DNA of 64,000 nt, taken from contig JALHJW010000010.1 of the NCBI GenBank assembly GCA_022839785.1, positions 23,669 through 87,668 of the forward strand. The letters run 5' to 3'. Below are positions 40,974 through 49,580 of the stretch, one piece after another. Numbering within the stretch: the stretch's first letter is position 1; each line of letters starts with the position of its first letter. The stretch is from Desulfovibrio sp. Lineage in GTDB: Bacteria; Desulfobacterota; Desulfovibrionia; Desulfovibrionales; Desulfovibrionaceae. A model generated the notes under the pieces. The model had not been told where the DNA came from and searched no databases. It worked only from the letters and a program-made list of their open reading frames with translations. The position numbers and the translations under genes were made by a program.

Positions 40974-42257
40974 TTAGTTCAGCGCCTTGAGGCGGGGAAG
41001 CTGGCGCACCAGCTCCAGGGCCAGCCTGAGCTGGTTGTCGCGCTTGAGCATGGCCTCGGCCTTGCCGTTGGCCTCGCCGGCGGAACCGTTGTTCTCGCCG
41101 TTGCGCTCCAGGTGGCGGGTGAGGTCCTTCTCGCGGATGACGCTCTTGTCGTCGTCCTCGCGCGGCTGCTCGAAGGCCACGGCGATGTCGGGCACGATGC
41201 CCTCGGCCTGGATGGAGCGGCCCGAGGGGGTGTAGTAGAGGGCGGTGGTCAGCTTGATGCCCGAGCCGTCGGAAAGCGGGATGACGGTCTGCACCGAGCC
41301 CTTGCCGAAGCTGCGTTCGCCCAGGATGGCCGAGCGCTTGCGGTCCTGCAGGGCGCCCGCCACGATCTCCGAGGCCGAGGCCGAACCCGCGTTGATCAGC
41401 GTGACCATGGGGGCGGCGAGGTCGCTGGATTGGGAGCCCGCGTTGTAGTCCTTGCGGGTGGAGGCGTCCTTGCCCTGGATGTAGACGATGAGGCCTTCGT
41501 TGATGAAGGTGTCGGCCACGCTCACGGCCTGGTTGAGCAGGCCGCCGGGGTTGTTGCGCAGGTCGAGGACCACGCCGTTGATCGGGCCGCGGGTCTTCTT
41601 GAACTCGGCGATCCTGTCGTGCAGCTCGCGCGTGGTGTTCTCGTTGAACTTGGTCAGGCGCAGGTAGAGCACGCCCTTGTCCAACTCCTCGCTGCGCACC
41701 GAGACGATGGGGATGGTGTCGCGCACCATGGTCACCTTCTCGGGCTTTTGCGAATCCTTGTGCAGGATGGTCAGGGTGATCTTGCTGCCCCTGGGGCCGC
41801 GGATCTTGCCCACGGCCTCGGTCAGCGAGAGGTCCTGCGTGGGCTGGCCTTCGATCTCCAGGATCAGGTCGCCCGACTTCAGTCCCGCCTTGTGGGCCGG
41901 GGTGTCGTCGATGGGCGAGACGACCATCAGCCGTCCGTTGTCCTGGGTGATCTCGATGCCGATGCCGCCGAATTCGCCCGAGGTGCTGACCTGCATGTCC
42001 CGGAATTCCTCGGGGGTCATGAAGGAGGAGTGCGGGTCGAGCTGTTGCAGAAGGCCCTTGATGGCGTCGTCCACCAGTTCCTTGCGGCCGATGTCGCGAA
42101 CGTAATAGTCCTCCACCAGACTCATGACCTGGCTGAAACGCTTCAGGGCGTCGTAGCGGTCCTCCTTGTCCTTTGCGCTGTCCGCGCAGAGCGTGCCTGC
42201 GAACGCGGACAACAGAACGAGAACCGAAACCATGAACAGCCAACGTCTGATGCGCAT
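40974..42257 (-). CDS. ctpA: Carboxyl-terminal processing protease (S41 family)
   Basis: LDPHS, GGIGIEI, PDZ domain, DLRNNPGG, SASASEIV, FGKGSVQ. Confidence 0.94.
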   Translation of the reverse strand: MRIRRWLFMVSVLVLLSAFAGTLCADSAKDKEDRYDALKRFSQVMSLVEDYYVRDIGRKELVDDAIKGLLQQLDPHSSFMTPEEFRDMQVSTSGEFGGIGIEITQDNGRLMVVSPIDDTPAHKAGLKSGDLILEIEGQPTQDLSLTEAVGKIRGPRGSKITLTILHKDSQKPEKVTMVRDTIPIVSVRSEELDKGVLYLRLTKFNENTTRELHDRIAEFKKTRGPINGVVLDLRNNPGGLLNQAVSVADTFINEGLIVYIQGKDASTRKDYNAGSQSSDLAAPMVTLINAGSASASEIVAGALQDRKRSAILGERSFGKGSVQTVIPLSDGSGIKLTTALYYTPSGRSIQAEGIVPDIAVAFEQPREDDDKSVIREKDLTRHLERNGENNGSAGEANGKAEAMLKRDNQLRLALELVRQLPRLKALN

Positions 42258-42273
42258 ATATCCTCCGAAGACC

Positions 42274-43611
42274 TTACTTCTTTCTGGCGGTCAGCCACTC
42301 AAGGGGGTTAACGGCTTTTTCGTGCCTTCGCAATTCAAAATACAGGCCCGCGCCCTTGGCCGCCGGGTAGTAGCCCGCGCTGCCCAGCACCTGGTCCTGG
42401 TTCACTTCCTGCCCCATGCGCACGCGGCTGTCCGAGAGGTAGGCGTACAGGCTGTAGAAGTTGCCGCCGTGGAAAAGGATGATGACCTTGCCGAAGCCGC
42501 GCAGCACGTCGTCATGCACGACCTTGCCCAGGGCGACGGCGCGCACCGGCGCGTTCTCGCCCAGCGACAGGCCGATGCCGCGCACCGGCGGGTTGGCCCC
42601 GGGGGCGAAGCCCACCACCACCGGCCCCTCGGCGGGCCAGGGCAGGACGCCCTTGAGGTCTCCGACGTCCTTGCTGGTCAGGACCTTGAGGCGGTACTGC
42701 AGGCTGGCCACCGTGGCCAGCACCTGGGAAAGCTCCTCTTCCTGGCTGATCTTGGCCGCGCGCACCTTCTGGACCTCGCGCGCAAGCTCCAGCTTCTGCT
42801 TCAGGACCTCGTCCTTGCGGCTGTTGATGGCCGCGAGCTTCTTCTCGACGTCGGCGCGCAGCCGGTCCTGCTCGGCCATGTTGGCGGCCAGTTCGCTGGT
42901 CCGCGCCGCGAGGCCCGAAAGCTTCTCCTCGCCCGAGGCGTAGAGCGCGGCCAGCCAGGTGAAGCGGCGGTCGGCCTCCTCCCAGGAGGAGAGGCCCCGC
43001 AGGCGGTTGGTGGCGTTCTGCAGATGCAGGGGCCAGAGCGTGGCCATGAGCCGCGAGATGTCCTGGAGCACGGCGCTCCGCCGGTCCAGGATGCGCTGGT
43101 GCTCGGCCGCGATCTCCTTCTGGCGCTTCTCCACCGCGGCCAGCTCCTTTTCCTGGCGGCCGATGTCCGCGGTCAGGGTCCCGATGCGGTCCTCCGAGGC
43201 GGCCAGCTTGCCGTGCAGGGCCCGTTCCTGCTGCGTCAGCCGGGAGAGGGAGACTTTCTGCTCCTGGGCGCGGCGCGACTGCAGGTCGATGTTCTCCTTG
43301 AGCTGGTCGACCTGGGTTTTGGGCCCGGCCTTGGCCGTGGGAGAGGGCGCGCTTTTGGGCGCGGGCGGGCTCTTCGCGGGCGTCTTGTGCGGGGCCGGGG
43401 CCTTGGCGGGGGCCGCCTTCTTGGCCGGAGCGGGCTTGGGGGCGGCCTGGGGCTTGGCGCTCTGGGGTTTTGCCGTCTGGGGCTTGGCGGTCTGGGATTT
43501 GGCGGTCTGGGCGTGCGCGGGCGTGTCCGCAAGGAGCGGCGTCACGGCCAGGAACATCGTCAGGGCCAAAGCCGCGCAGGCGAGGCGGCGGAGCGGGCCG
43601 GGCGGGATCAC
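42274..43611 (-). CDS. Murein hydrolase activator EnvC-like / M23 family protein
   Basis: Signal peptide, A/K/P-rich linker, coiled coil, LPWPAEG...GIGL...SLYAYL...LYFELR; GTG start overlaps the upstream stop. Confidence 0.85.
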   Translation of the reverse strand: MIPPGPLRRLACAALALTMFLAVTPLLADTPAHAQTAKSQTAKPQTAKPQSAKPQAAPKPAPAKKAAPAKAPAPHKTPAKSPPAPKSAPSPTAKAGPKTQVDQLKENIDLQSRRAQEQKVSLSRLTQQERALHGKLAASEDRIGTLTADIGRQEKELAAVEKRQKEIAAEHQRILDRRSAVLQDISRLMATLWPLHLQNATNRLRGLSSWEEADRRFTWLAALYASGEEKLSGLAARTSELAANMAEQDRLRADVEKKLAAINSRKDEVLKQKLELAREVQKVRAAKISQEEELSQVLATVASLQYRLKVLTSKDVGDLKGVLPWPAEGPVVVGFAPGANPPVRGIGLSLGENAPVRAVALGKVVHDDVLRGFGKVIILFHGGNFYSLYAYLSDSRVRMGQEVNQDQVLGSAGYYPAAKGAGLYFELRRHEKAVNPLEWLTARKK

Positions 43612-44279
43612 GCCGCTCCCTCCAGGAACGCGCCCAGGGGGCAGTCGCCGCAGCGGGGCCTGGACTTCTTGCAGAATTCCTTGCCCGCGCGCACGATGAG
43701 GGCGTGGCATTCGTTGTACAGGGCGACATCCTCGGGCAGGGCCGAGGTGAAGATGTCCTGCAGGTCGTGGTAGTTCGTCTCCTCCGGGGCCAGTCCGTGG
43801 CGCTGCGCGAGGCGCGCGGTGTAGGCGTCGATGACGAAGGAGGGCTTGGCAAGGGCATAGAGCAGGATGCTGTCCGCGGTCTCGGGGCCTATGCCGCGCA
43901 CTGCCAGCAGCTTTTCCCGCAGCCGGGGCAGCTCCTGGCGGCCCAGGTAGCCCAGGGCGAGGTCGTCCAGCGCGTCCCCCGCCTCGGCCGCGAGGAAGTC
44001 GAGGAAGTGGCCGAGGCGCGCCGCCTTGACCCGGAAATAGCCCGCGGGCCGGATGAGTCCGGCCAGGGCCTCGGGCGTCAGGCGGCGCATGGCCTCCGGG
44101 GACAGGGCGCGGGCCGCCCTGAGCGCGGCGATGGCCTTTTCCACGTTTCCCCAGTTGGTGTTCTGGGTCAGGATGGCGCCCACGGCGACCTCGAAAGGCG
44201 TCTCCCCGGGCCACCAGCCGCTGGGGCCCAGGGCGTGGAGCAGGGCGTCGTAATACTTCCTGATCGGATTGAGCTTCAT
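43608..44279 (-). CDS. Endonuclease III-like HhH-GPD DNA glycosylase family protein
   Basis: WWPGETPFEV.VGAILTQNTNW, IRPAGYF..KA, GIGPETADSI, FVIDAY. Confidence 0.88.
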   Translation of the reverse strand: MKLNPIRKYYDALLHALGPSGWWPGETPFEVAVGAILTQNTNWGNVEKAIAALRAARALSPEAMRRLTPEALAGLIRPAGYFRVKAARLGHFLDFLAAEAGDALDDLALGYLGRQELPRLREKLLAVRGIGPETADSILLYALAKPSFVIDAYTARLAQRHGLAPEETNYHDLQDIFTSALPEDVALYNECHALIVRAGKEFCKKSRPRCGDCPLGAFLEGAA

Positions 44280-44398
44280 GGTCTCCTGGGATAGATAACC
44301 CCGCATCCGCGAGGCGCAAGCGTTTGCGGCCACAGGGTACGACTGTTCGCGCCCCGGCGCAAGCGCGCCGCGTGCGCGGCATACACCAAACCGCGACG

Positions 44399-46588
44399 AT
44401 GGAGAAGACCGTGCCGACCTTCTCGCGCCCATCCCTGCTCGGCCTGTCCGCCGCCCTGGCGCTGACCTGGATCGTGTGCGCGGGCGTACGGCTCGTCGAG
44501 CTTCCCGCGTGGCAGGGTAGTGCTTTCGAGGCGGGCGGGGAGCCCATCATGGCCACCCACGACGCCTACGTCTGGCTGGCCGGGGCAAAAGGGGTCGGCG
44601 TCCTGCCCGATGCCCCGCTGTCGCGGCTCGTGCGGCTGGTCCACGCCCTGACCCCCGCCTCCTGGGGCGGCGTCGGATTCTGGCTGCCGCCCCTGGTCGC
44701 CGCGTTTTCCGGGCTGCCTCTGGTGGTCCTGGCCAGGCGCTGGGGCGCGTCCGCCTTCGGGCCCGCCGCGGGCGTGGTCGGCGGGTGCGCCCTGGGCTTC
44801 CTGATACGCACGCGTCTGGCCATGCTGGACACGGACATCCTGGCCCTGTTCACCCTCACCCTGGCCGCGGTCTGGCTCTGCCTGCTCCTGGAGCCGCTGC
44901 TGCGTTTCGGAGATGGCGCGGCCGGGACCGGGGAGGACGCGGCCGGACCTTCGCCCGGGTTCTGGGGCGGCCTTGGAGGACTTTGCCTCTGGACCATCGT
45001 TTCCGTCTGGTTTTACGGGAGCATCCAGACGATCCTCATGGCGGTGTTCGGTTCCGGAGCCGCGCTTGGCGTGGTCCTGGCGCGTCCTGGTCGCCGAACC
45101 CAGATTCTGGTCGCGACGTGCCTTCCCCTGGCGTGTCTGCACACCGCCTCCTGGGCTGCCCTGGCCGCCGTTCCGGCCGTCTGCGCGGCGTTCTGGCGCT
45201 TTCCTGGCCTGAGCCGTCGGCCAGCGGTCCTGTGGGCGGCGGCCGGGGCCGGACTGCTCGCCTTCGCGATCTTCGGGAGCGGTTTTGCGGGCGGCGTCGT
45301 GGAGCGCGTCCTCTATTGGTTCAAGCCCGCCGTGGATGAGGCCAGGAGCGCGGCGTCCGTGTCCGCCCTGAGCCTGCCCTCGGTCCTGCCCAGCATCCGT
45401 GAGGCGCAGAACAGTCCGTTCTCCGATATCCTGCGGGTCATGGCCGGGCATCCCGCGCTGTTTCCCGTGCTGCTTGCCGGGTACGTCTGGCTGGCGCTGC
45501 GCCGTCCCGTGGCCCTGGTCTTCCTGCCTCTCCTGCTGCTCGGCCTGGCTTCGGCCAAGCTCGGGATGCGCTTCAGCATGTACGGCGCGCCCGCCATGGG
45601 CGCGGGCATGATCGGTCTGGGCCTGCTCACGGCCCGCTTCATTCCCAGGCCCCTCCCGGCTCTCGTTCTGGCCGCGGCCGGATTGTGCGTCGCGCTCGTT
45701 CCCCCGGCGTATGTCCTGAGGCGGGCACCGCCTTCCCCGGCGCTCTCCCGGCCCTTTGCCGAAACGCTTCTGGAACTCGGCAGGGCGACTCCTTCGTCCG
45801 CCTGGATATGGCTGTGGTGGGACTTCGGCTACGCGGTTCAGTACTACGCCGAGCGTTTTCCCGTGGCCGACGGGGCGCGTCATACGGAACATTGGCTCTA
45901 TCCCCTGGCCGCGGTCCACGCCGCGGAACCGGCCCGGGCGGCGGCTCTGATGCGCTTTTTCGCCGCCGAGATGGCGGTTCAGGATATCCCTTCCGAGGCC
46001 CGGCGGCAGGTGTCCGGCGACTCGCCCTTCCTGCACGCCTTCACCCCGCCGATGGCCCGGCTGCTTGAGATGCAGGGCGCCGCCGCGCGCGCGGTTCTCG
46101 ACAGGCTGGACGGGGAGGGCGGAACGGCCGGGGCCGGAGCGTCCCTCCCGGAGCAGGACTACGTGGTCTCCTGGGACAACCTCCGGTTGGCGGGATGGAT
46201 CATCCGTTTCGGGACATGGGATCTCGCGGACGGCGCGTACAAGGAGGGCAACGTGACGCGGCTGGAGGGCGAGTTGCGCGTGGACCCGGCCAAAGGCGCG
46301 GCCATGTCCTCGAAGTTCGGCAACCTGCCCCTGGCCACCCTGGACGTGGCCACGCCGAACGGGGTCAAGCGCTACTCCTGGCCGCGCCTTTCCGGGGTCC
46401 ATCTGGTCATGAACAACGCGGCGCGGGAGGCGTACATCATGAACGACACGGCCTACCGCTCCTCCATGGTCCAGATGCTGCTCGGCGAGCCCGCGTCCTT
46501 TGCGCGCGACTTCGAGCTTGTCCTCGACAATGCGCCCGCGGCCAGGGTCTACCGGTTGAAACCGAGGCCCGAAGAGGGGCGGGAGTAG
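44399..46588 (+). CDS. pglB: STT3/PglB-family oligosaccharyltransferase
   Basis: Many TM helices; THDAY, LDTD, SIREA, WWDFGY and DGARH equivalents of the STT3 catalytic motifs. Confidence 0.88.
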   Translation: MEKTVPTFSRPSLLGLSAALALTWIVCAGVRLVELPAWQGSAFEAGGEPIMATHDAYVWLAGAKGVGVLPDAPLSRLVRLVHALTPASWGGVGFWLPPLVAAFSGLPLVVLARRWGASAFGPAAGVVGGCALGFLIRTRLAMLDTDILALFTLTLAAVWLCLLLEPLLRFGDGAAGTGEDAAGPSPGFWGGLGGLCLWTIVSVWFYGSIQTILMAVFGSGAALGVVLARPGRRTQILVATCLPLACLHTASWAALAAVPAVCAAFWRFPGLSRRPAVLWAAAGAGLLAFAIFGSGFAGGVVERVLYWFKPAVDEARSAASVSALSLPSVLPSIREAQNSPFSDILRVMAGHPALFPVLLAGYVWLALRRPVALVFLPLLLLGLASAKLGMRFSMYGAPAMGAGMIGLGLLTARFIPRPLPALVLAAAGLCVALVPPAYVLRRAPPSPALSRPFAETLLELGRATPSSAWIWLWWDFGYAVQYYAERFPVADGARHTEHWLYPLAAVHAAEPARAAALMRFFAAEMAVQDIPSEARRQVSGDSPFLHAFTPPMARLLEMQGAAARAVLDRLDGEGGTAGAGASLPEQDYVVSWDNLRLAGWIIRFGTWDLADGAYKEGNVTRLEGELRVDPAKGAAMSSKFGNLPLATLDVATPNGVKRYSWPRLSGVHLVMNNAAREAYIMNDTAYRSSMVQMLLGEPASFARDFELVLDNAPAARVYRLKPRPEEGRE

Positions 46589-46622
46589 TCCGGGAGGGTC
46601 CGGTTCGGGGCCGGCTTCCGCT

Positions 46623-47468
46623 TCAGCCCCAGCAGAGGGCGGCCCATTCGCCGTCGACGAGGGTCCTCGGCTGGCCCAGACCGAAACGCGCGTAGGCCGA
46701 GGCCACGCCCGCGGCCTGTTCGGCCAGGACGCCCGAGAGCGCCAGCATCCCGCCGGGCGCGAGGCGGGCCGCGATGTCCGCGGACAGGGCGATGAGCGGC
46801 CCGGAGAGGATGTTGGCCACGATCAGGCCGAAGGAGGCGTCCGGCGCGAGGCAGTCGATGCTGCCCGCGGCCAGGGCCAAGCGGTCCGCCACGCCGTTGG
46901 CCGCGGCGTTCTCCTCGGCGCAGGCCACGGCCTGGGGGTCGATGTCCAGCCCCACGCCGCGGCAGCCGAGCAGGGCCAGACCGATGGCCAGGATGCCCGA
47001 GCCCGTGCCCAGGTCCAGGAAGCGGGGCCGGGCGTCCAGGCGTCCCGACTGCGCGAGGTCGCCGATGACGCGCAGGCAGAGCGCCGTGGTTGGGTGGTGG
47101 CCGGTGCCGAAGGCCATCTTGGGCTCGATGACGATGTGCGTGCGGCCGTCCGCCCCCTTGTCCGCCAGCCAGGGCGGCAGGATCTCGAAGACCCTGCCCG
47201 CCTGCACCGGAGTGAAGAAGTCGCGCCAGGCCATGGCCCAGTCCTGGGGATCGACCGCGGCGCGCGTCAGGCCGCCTTCCGGGAATGCGGCGGATACGGC
47301 CGCGGCCAGTTCCTCGGCCAGCGGATGGTCGTCCACGTGGAAGGTCACGCGCCAGGCGCCGTCGGCCGGGGAGAGGCTCTCCTCCCAGCCCTGCGGCACG
47401 CGCAGGGCGAGAAAGGCCATGGCCCGCTCGTAGTCGGCCTCGGCGACGCGGAATTCGAAACGCTCCAC
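46623..47468 (-). CDS. prmA: Ribosomal protein L11 methyltransferase
   Basis: DWAMAWR, IEPKMAFGTGHHPTT, LDLGTGSGILA, IVANIL, LSG; GTG start 47468. Confidence 0.93.
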   Translation of the reverse strand: MERFEFRVAEADYERAMAFLALRVPQGWEESLSPADGAWRVTFHVDDHPLAEELAAAVSAAFPEGGLTRAAVDPQDWAMAWRDFFTPVQAGRVFEILPPWLADKGADGRTHIVIEPKMAFGTGHHPTTALCLRVIGDLAQSGRLDARPRFLDLGTGSGILAIGLALLGCRGVGLDIDPQAVACAEENAAANGVADRLALAAGSIDCLAPDASFGLIVANILSGPLIALSADIAARLAPGGMLALSGVLAEQAAGVASAYARFGLGQPRTLVDGEWAALCWG

Positions 47469-47473
47469 CGCGC

Positions 47474-47626
47474 CTAGTCCTGCTTCGCCGTGCCGCAGGT
47501 CTCGGGCGTGCAACCGGGGTTGGCCTTGCGGAAGTCGGCCAGCTTCACGGCGTCGTCCTTCACGTCCTCGGCCCGGCAGGCGTCCGTGCAGCCGCAGCCG
47601 CACGCGTTCTTCGCGGTCTCGTTCAT
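47474..47626 (-). CDS. Small Cys-rich protein (50 aa)
   Basis: AGGAGG RBS 6 nt before ATG 47626; fills the argD-prmA gap in the same orientation; six Cys. Confidence 0.72.
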   Translation of the reverse strand: MNETAKNACGCGCTDACRAEDVKDDAVKLADFRKANPGCTPETCGTAKQD

Positions 47627-47684
47627 GGCGTTCCTCCTGTGGGAAAACGGCGGGGCGCGGCGTCTGTCCGCGCCCCGCAAGGAA

Positions 47685-48884
47685 TTACAGGCTCTTCAGG
47701 ACCTCGTCCAGGGCCGTGGCGAAGCGGTCGATGTCCTCGCGCGCGATGGTCAGGGGCGGCAGGAGCCGCAGCACCGTGTCCTGCGTCAGGTTGAGCACGA
47801 AGCCCTTGTCCAGCAGCTTCTCCCAGACCGTCTTGCCGGGGAAGGCCAGATCGATGCCGATGATCAGGCCCCGGCCGCGCACGTCCCGGATCGTGCCGGG
47901 GTTGGCCGCGCCGACCGCCCGGAAGCGGTCGCGGGCGTAGACCCCCAGTTCCCGGGAGCGCTCGGCCAGATTGTCGCGCTGCATGATCTCGATGACCTTG
48001 TCCGCCACGCGCGAGAGCAGCGCGCCGCCGCCGAAGGTGGTGGCGTGGGCCCCGGGGGCGAAGGCGCGGGCCACTTCGTCCGTGGCCAGCATGGCGCCCA
48101 TGGGCAGGCCGTTGGCCAGGGCCTTGGCCGAGGTGAAGACGTCGGGCGTCAGGCTGTATTCCTGGAAGGCCCAGAAGCAGCCCGCGCGGCACAGGCCGGT
48201 CTGGATCTCGTCCACCATGAAGAGGACGCCGCGCTCGCGACAGAGCTTCTGCACGCCGCGCAGGTATTCCGGCGGCAGGGGCCGCACGCCGCCCTCGCCC
48301 TGGATGATCTCCAGGAGCACGGCCGCGGTCGTGTCCGAGATGGCGGCCTCAAGGGCGGGCAGGTCGTTCCAGGGTACGGTGACGAAGCCCTGGGGCAGGG
48401 GGTCGAAGCCCTCCTTGACCTTCTGCTGGCCCGTGGCCGTGAGCGTGGCCAGGGTGCGGCCGTGGAACGACCCCTCCAGGGTGATGACCTCGTAGGCCGG
48501 GCTGTTCCTGACCATGCGGTGGTAGCGCCGGGCCAGCTTGATGGCCGCCTCGTTGGCCTCCGCGCCGGAGTTGCAGAAGAAGACCTTGTCGCAGTGGCAG
48601 GTGGCCAGGATGCGTCCGGCCAGCTCCACCTGCTCGCGCTGGTAGAAGAGGTTGGAGACGTGGACGAGTTTCTTCGCCTGCTCGCAGATGACCTCGCTGA
48701 TCTCGGGATGGCTGTGGCCCAGGCTGGTCACGGCGATGCCCGAGAGCAGGTCGACGTATTCGCGGCCCGCGAGGTCGTAGAGGCGCGCGCCCGAGGCCGA
48801 GGCCACGGCCAGGGGGTAGCGGCCGTAGGTGTGGCAGATGGCGGAAAGTTCGCAGGTCTTCAGTTCGTCGAAAGGTGTTTTCAT
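47685..48884 (-). CDS. argD: Acetylornithine aminotransferase (class III PLP)
   Basis: HTYGRYP, FFCNSGAEANEAAIK, SFHGRT, EIIQGEGG, DEIQTG, AKALANG, HATTFGG. Confidence 0.92.
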   Translation of the reverse strand: MKTPFDELKTCELSAICHTYGRYPLAVASASGARLYDLAGREYVDLLSGIAVTSLGHSHPEISEVICEQAKKLVHVSNLFYQREQVELAGRILATCHCDKVFFCNSGAEANEAAIKLARRYHRMVRNSPAYEVITLEGSFHGRTLATLTATGQQKVKEGFDPLPQGFVTVPWNDLPALEAAISDTTAAVLLEIIQGEGGVRPLPPEYLRGVQKLCRERGVLFMVDEIQTGLCRAGCFWAFQEYSLTPDVFTSAKALANGLPMGAMLATDEVARAFAPGAHATTFGGGALLSRVADKVIEIMQRDNLAERSRELGVYARDRFRAVGAANPGTIRDVRGRGLIIGIDLAFPGKTVWEKLLDKGFVLNLTQDTVLRLLPPLTIAREDIDRFATALDEVLKSL

Positions 48885-48917
48885 GGCGTCACACATATCC
48901 TGTAACCCGGTTCGTGT

Positions 48918-49388
48918 TCAATGCCTTCCCGTGTGGCCGAAGCCTCCGGCCCCGCGGGCGGTGTCCGACAACTCCTCGCAGGCGACGACGCGGGATCGTC
49001 GGATGGGCATGAAGACGAGTTGGGCGATGCGCTGGCCGCGTTCGACGACGCGTTCCTCGCCCGAGGTGTTGAGCAGGCAGACCGTGATCTCGCCCCGGTA
49101 GTCCGGGTCGATGACGCCCACGCCCTGGGCCACGGCCAAGCCGTCCTTGGCGCCCAGGCCGCTGCGCGAGAAGACGAAGCCCGCGAAGCCCGGCTCCGTG
49201 ATCTCGATGGCCACTCCCGTGCCGATCATGGCCCGGCCCCCGGCCGGGACGGTCAGGGAGGGCGCGTCGAAGCAGGCGCGCAGATCCAGTCCCGCGCTGT
49301 GTTCGGTAGCGTAGGCGCAGGCATGCTCCTGCCAGACCGGGTGCAGGAAGCGGAACTTCACGGGCAGGGGGGCGGTGGACTCGTCCAT
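48918..49388 (-). CDS. dut: dUTP diphosphatase
   Basis: SAGLDL, SRSGL, GVIDPDYRGE, RIAQLV, RGAGGFGHTG; start ATG 49388. Confidence 0.95.
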   Translation of the reverse strand: MDESTAPLPVKFRFLHPVWQEHACAYATEHSAGLDLRACFDAPSLTVPAGGRAMIGTGVAIEITEPGFAGFVFSRSGLGAKDGLAVAQGVGVIDPDYRGEITVCLLNTSGEERVVERGQRIAQLVFMPIRRSRVVACEELSDTARGAGGFGHTGRH

Positions 49389-49580
49389 AGGGGTTTTCTC
49401 CGGGTACGCGTGCGGGGGGCGAAGGTAGACGTTTGACCCCCAAAAGGCAACAGGCCGGAGGGGCGAGGGCCGGGATGCGCATCCGTATTGCAATTTGGCG
49501 TGGCTTTCGGCAGAACATACGGGGTAGACGGCCAAAAGGGGGAGGCCCCTCTGCGCCGGACCGAACAGCAAGGAGCGACC

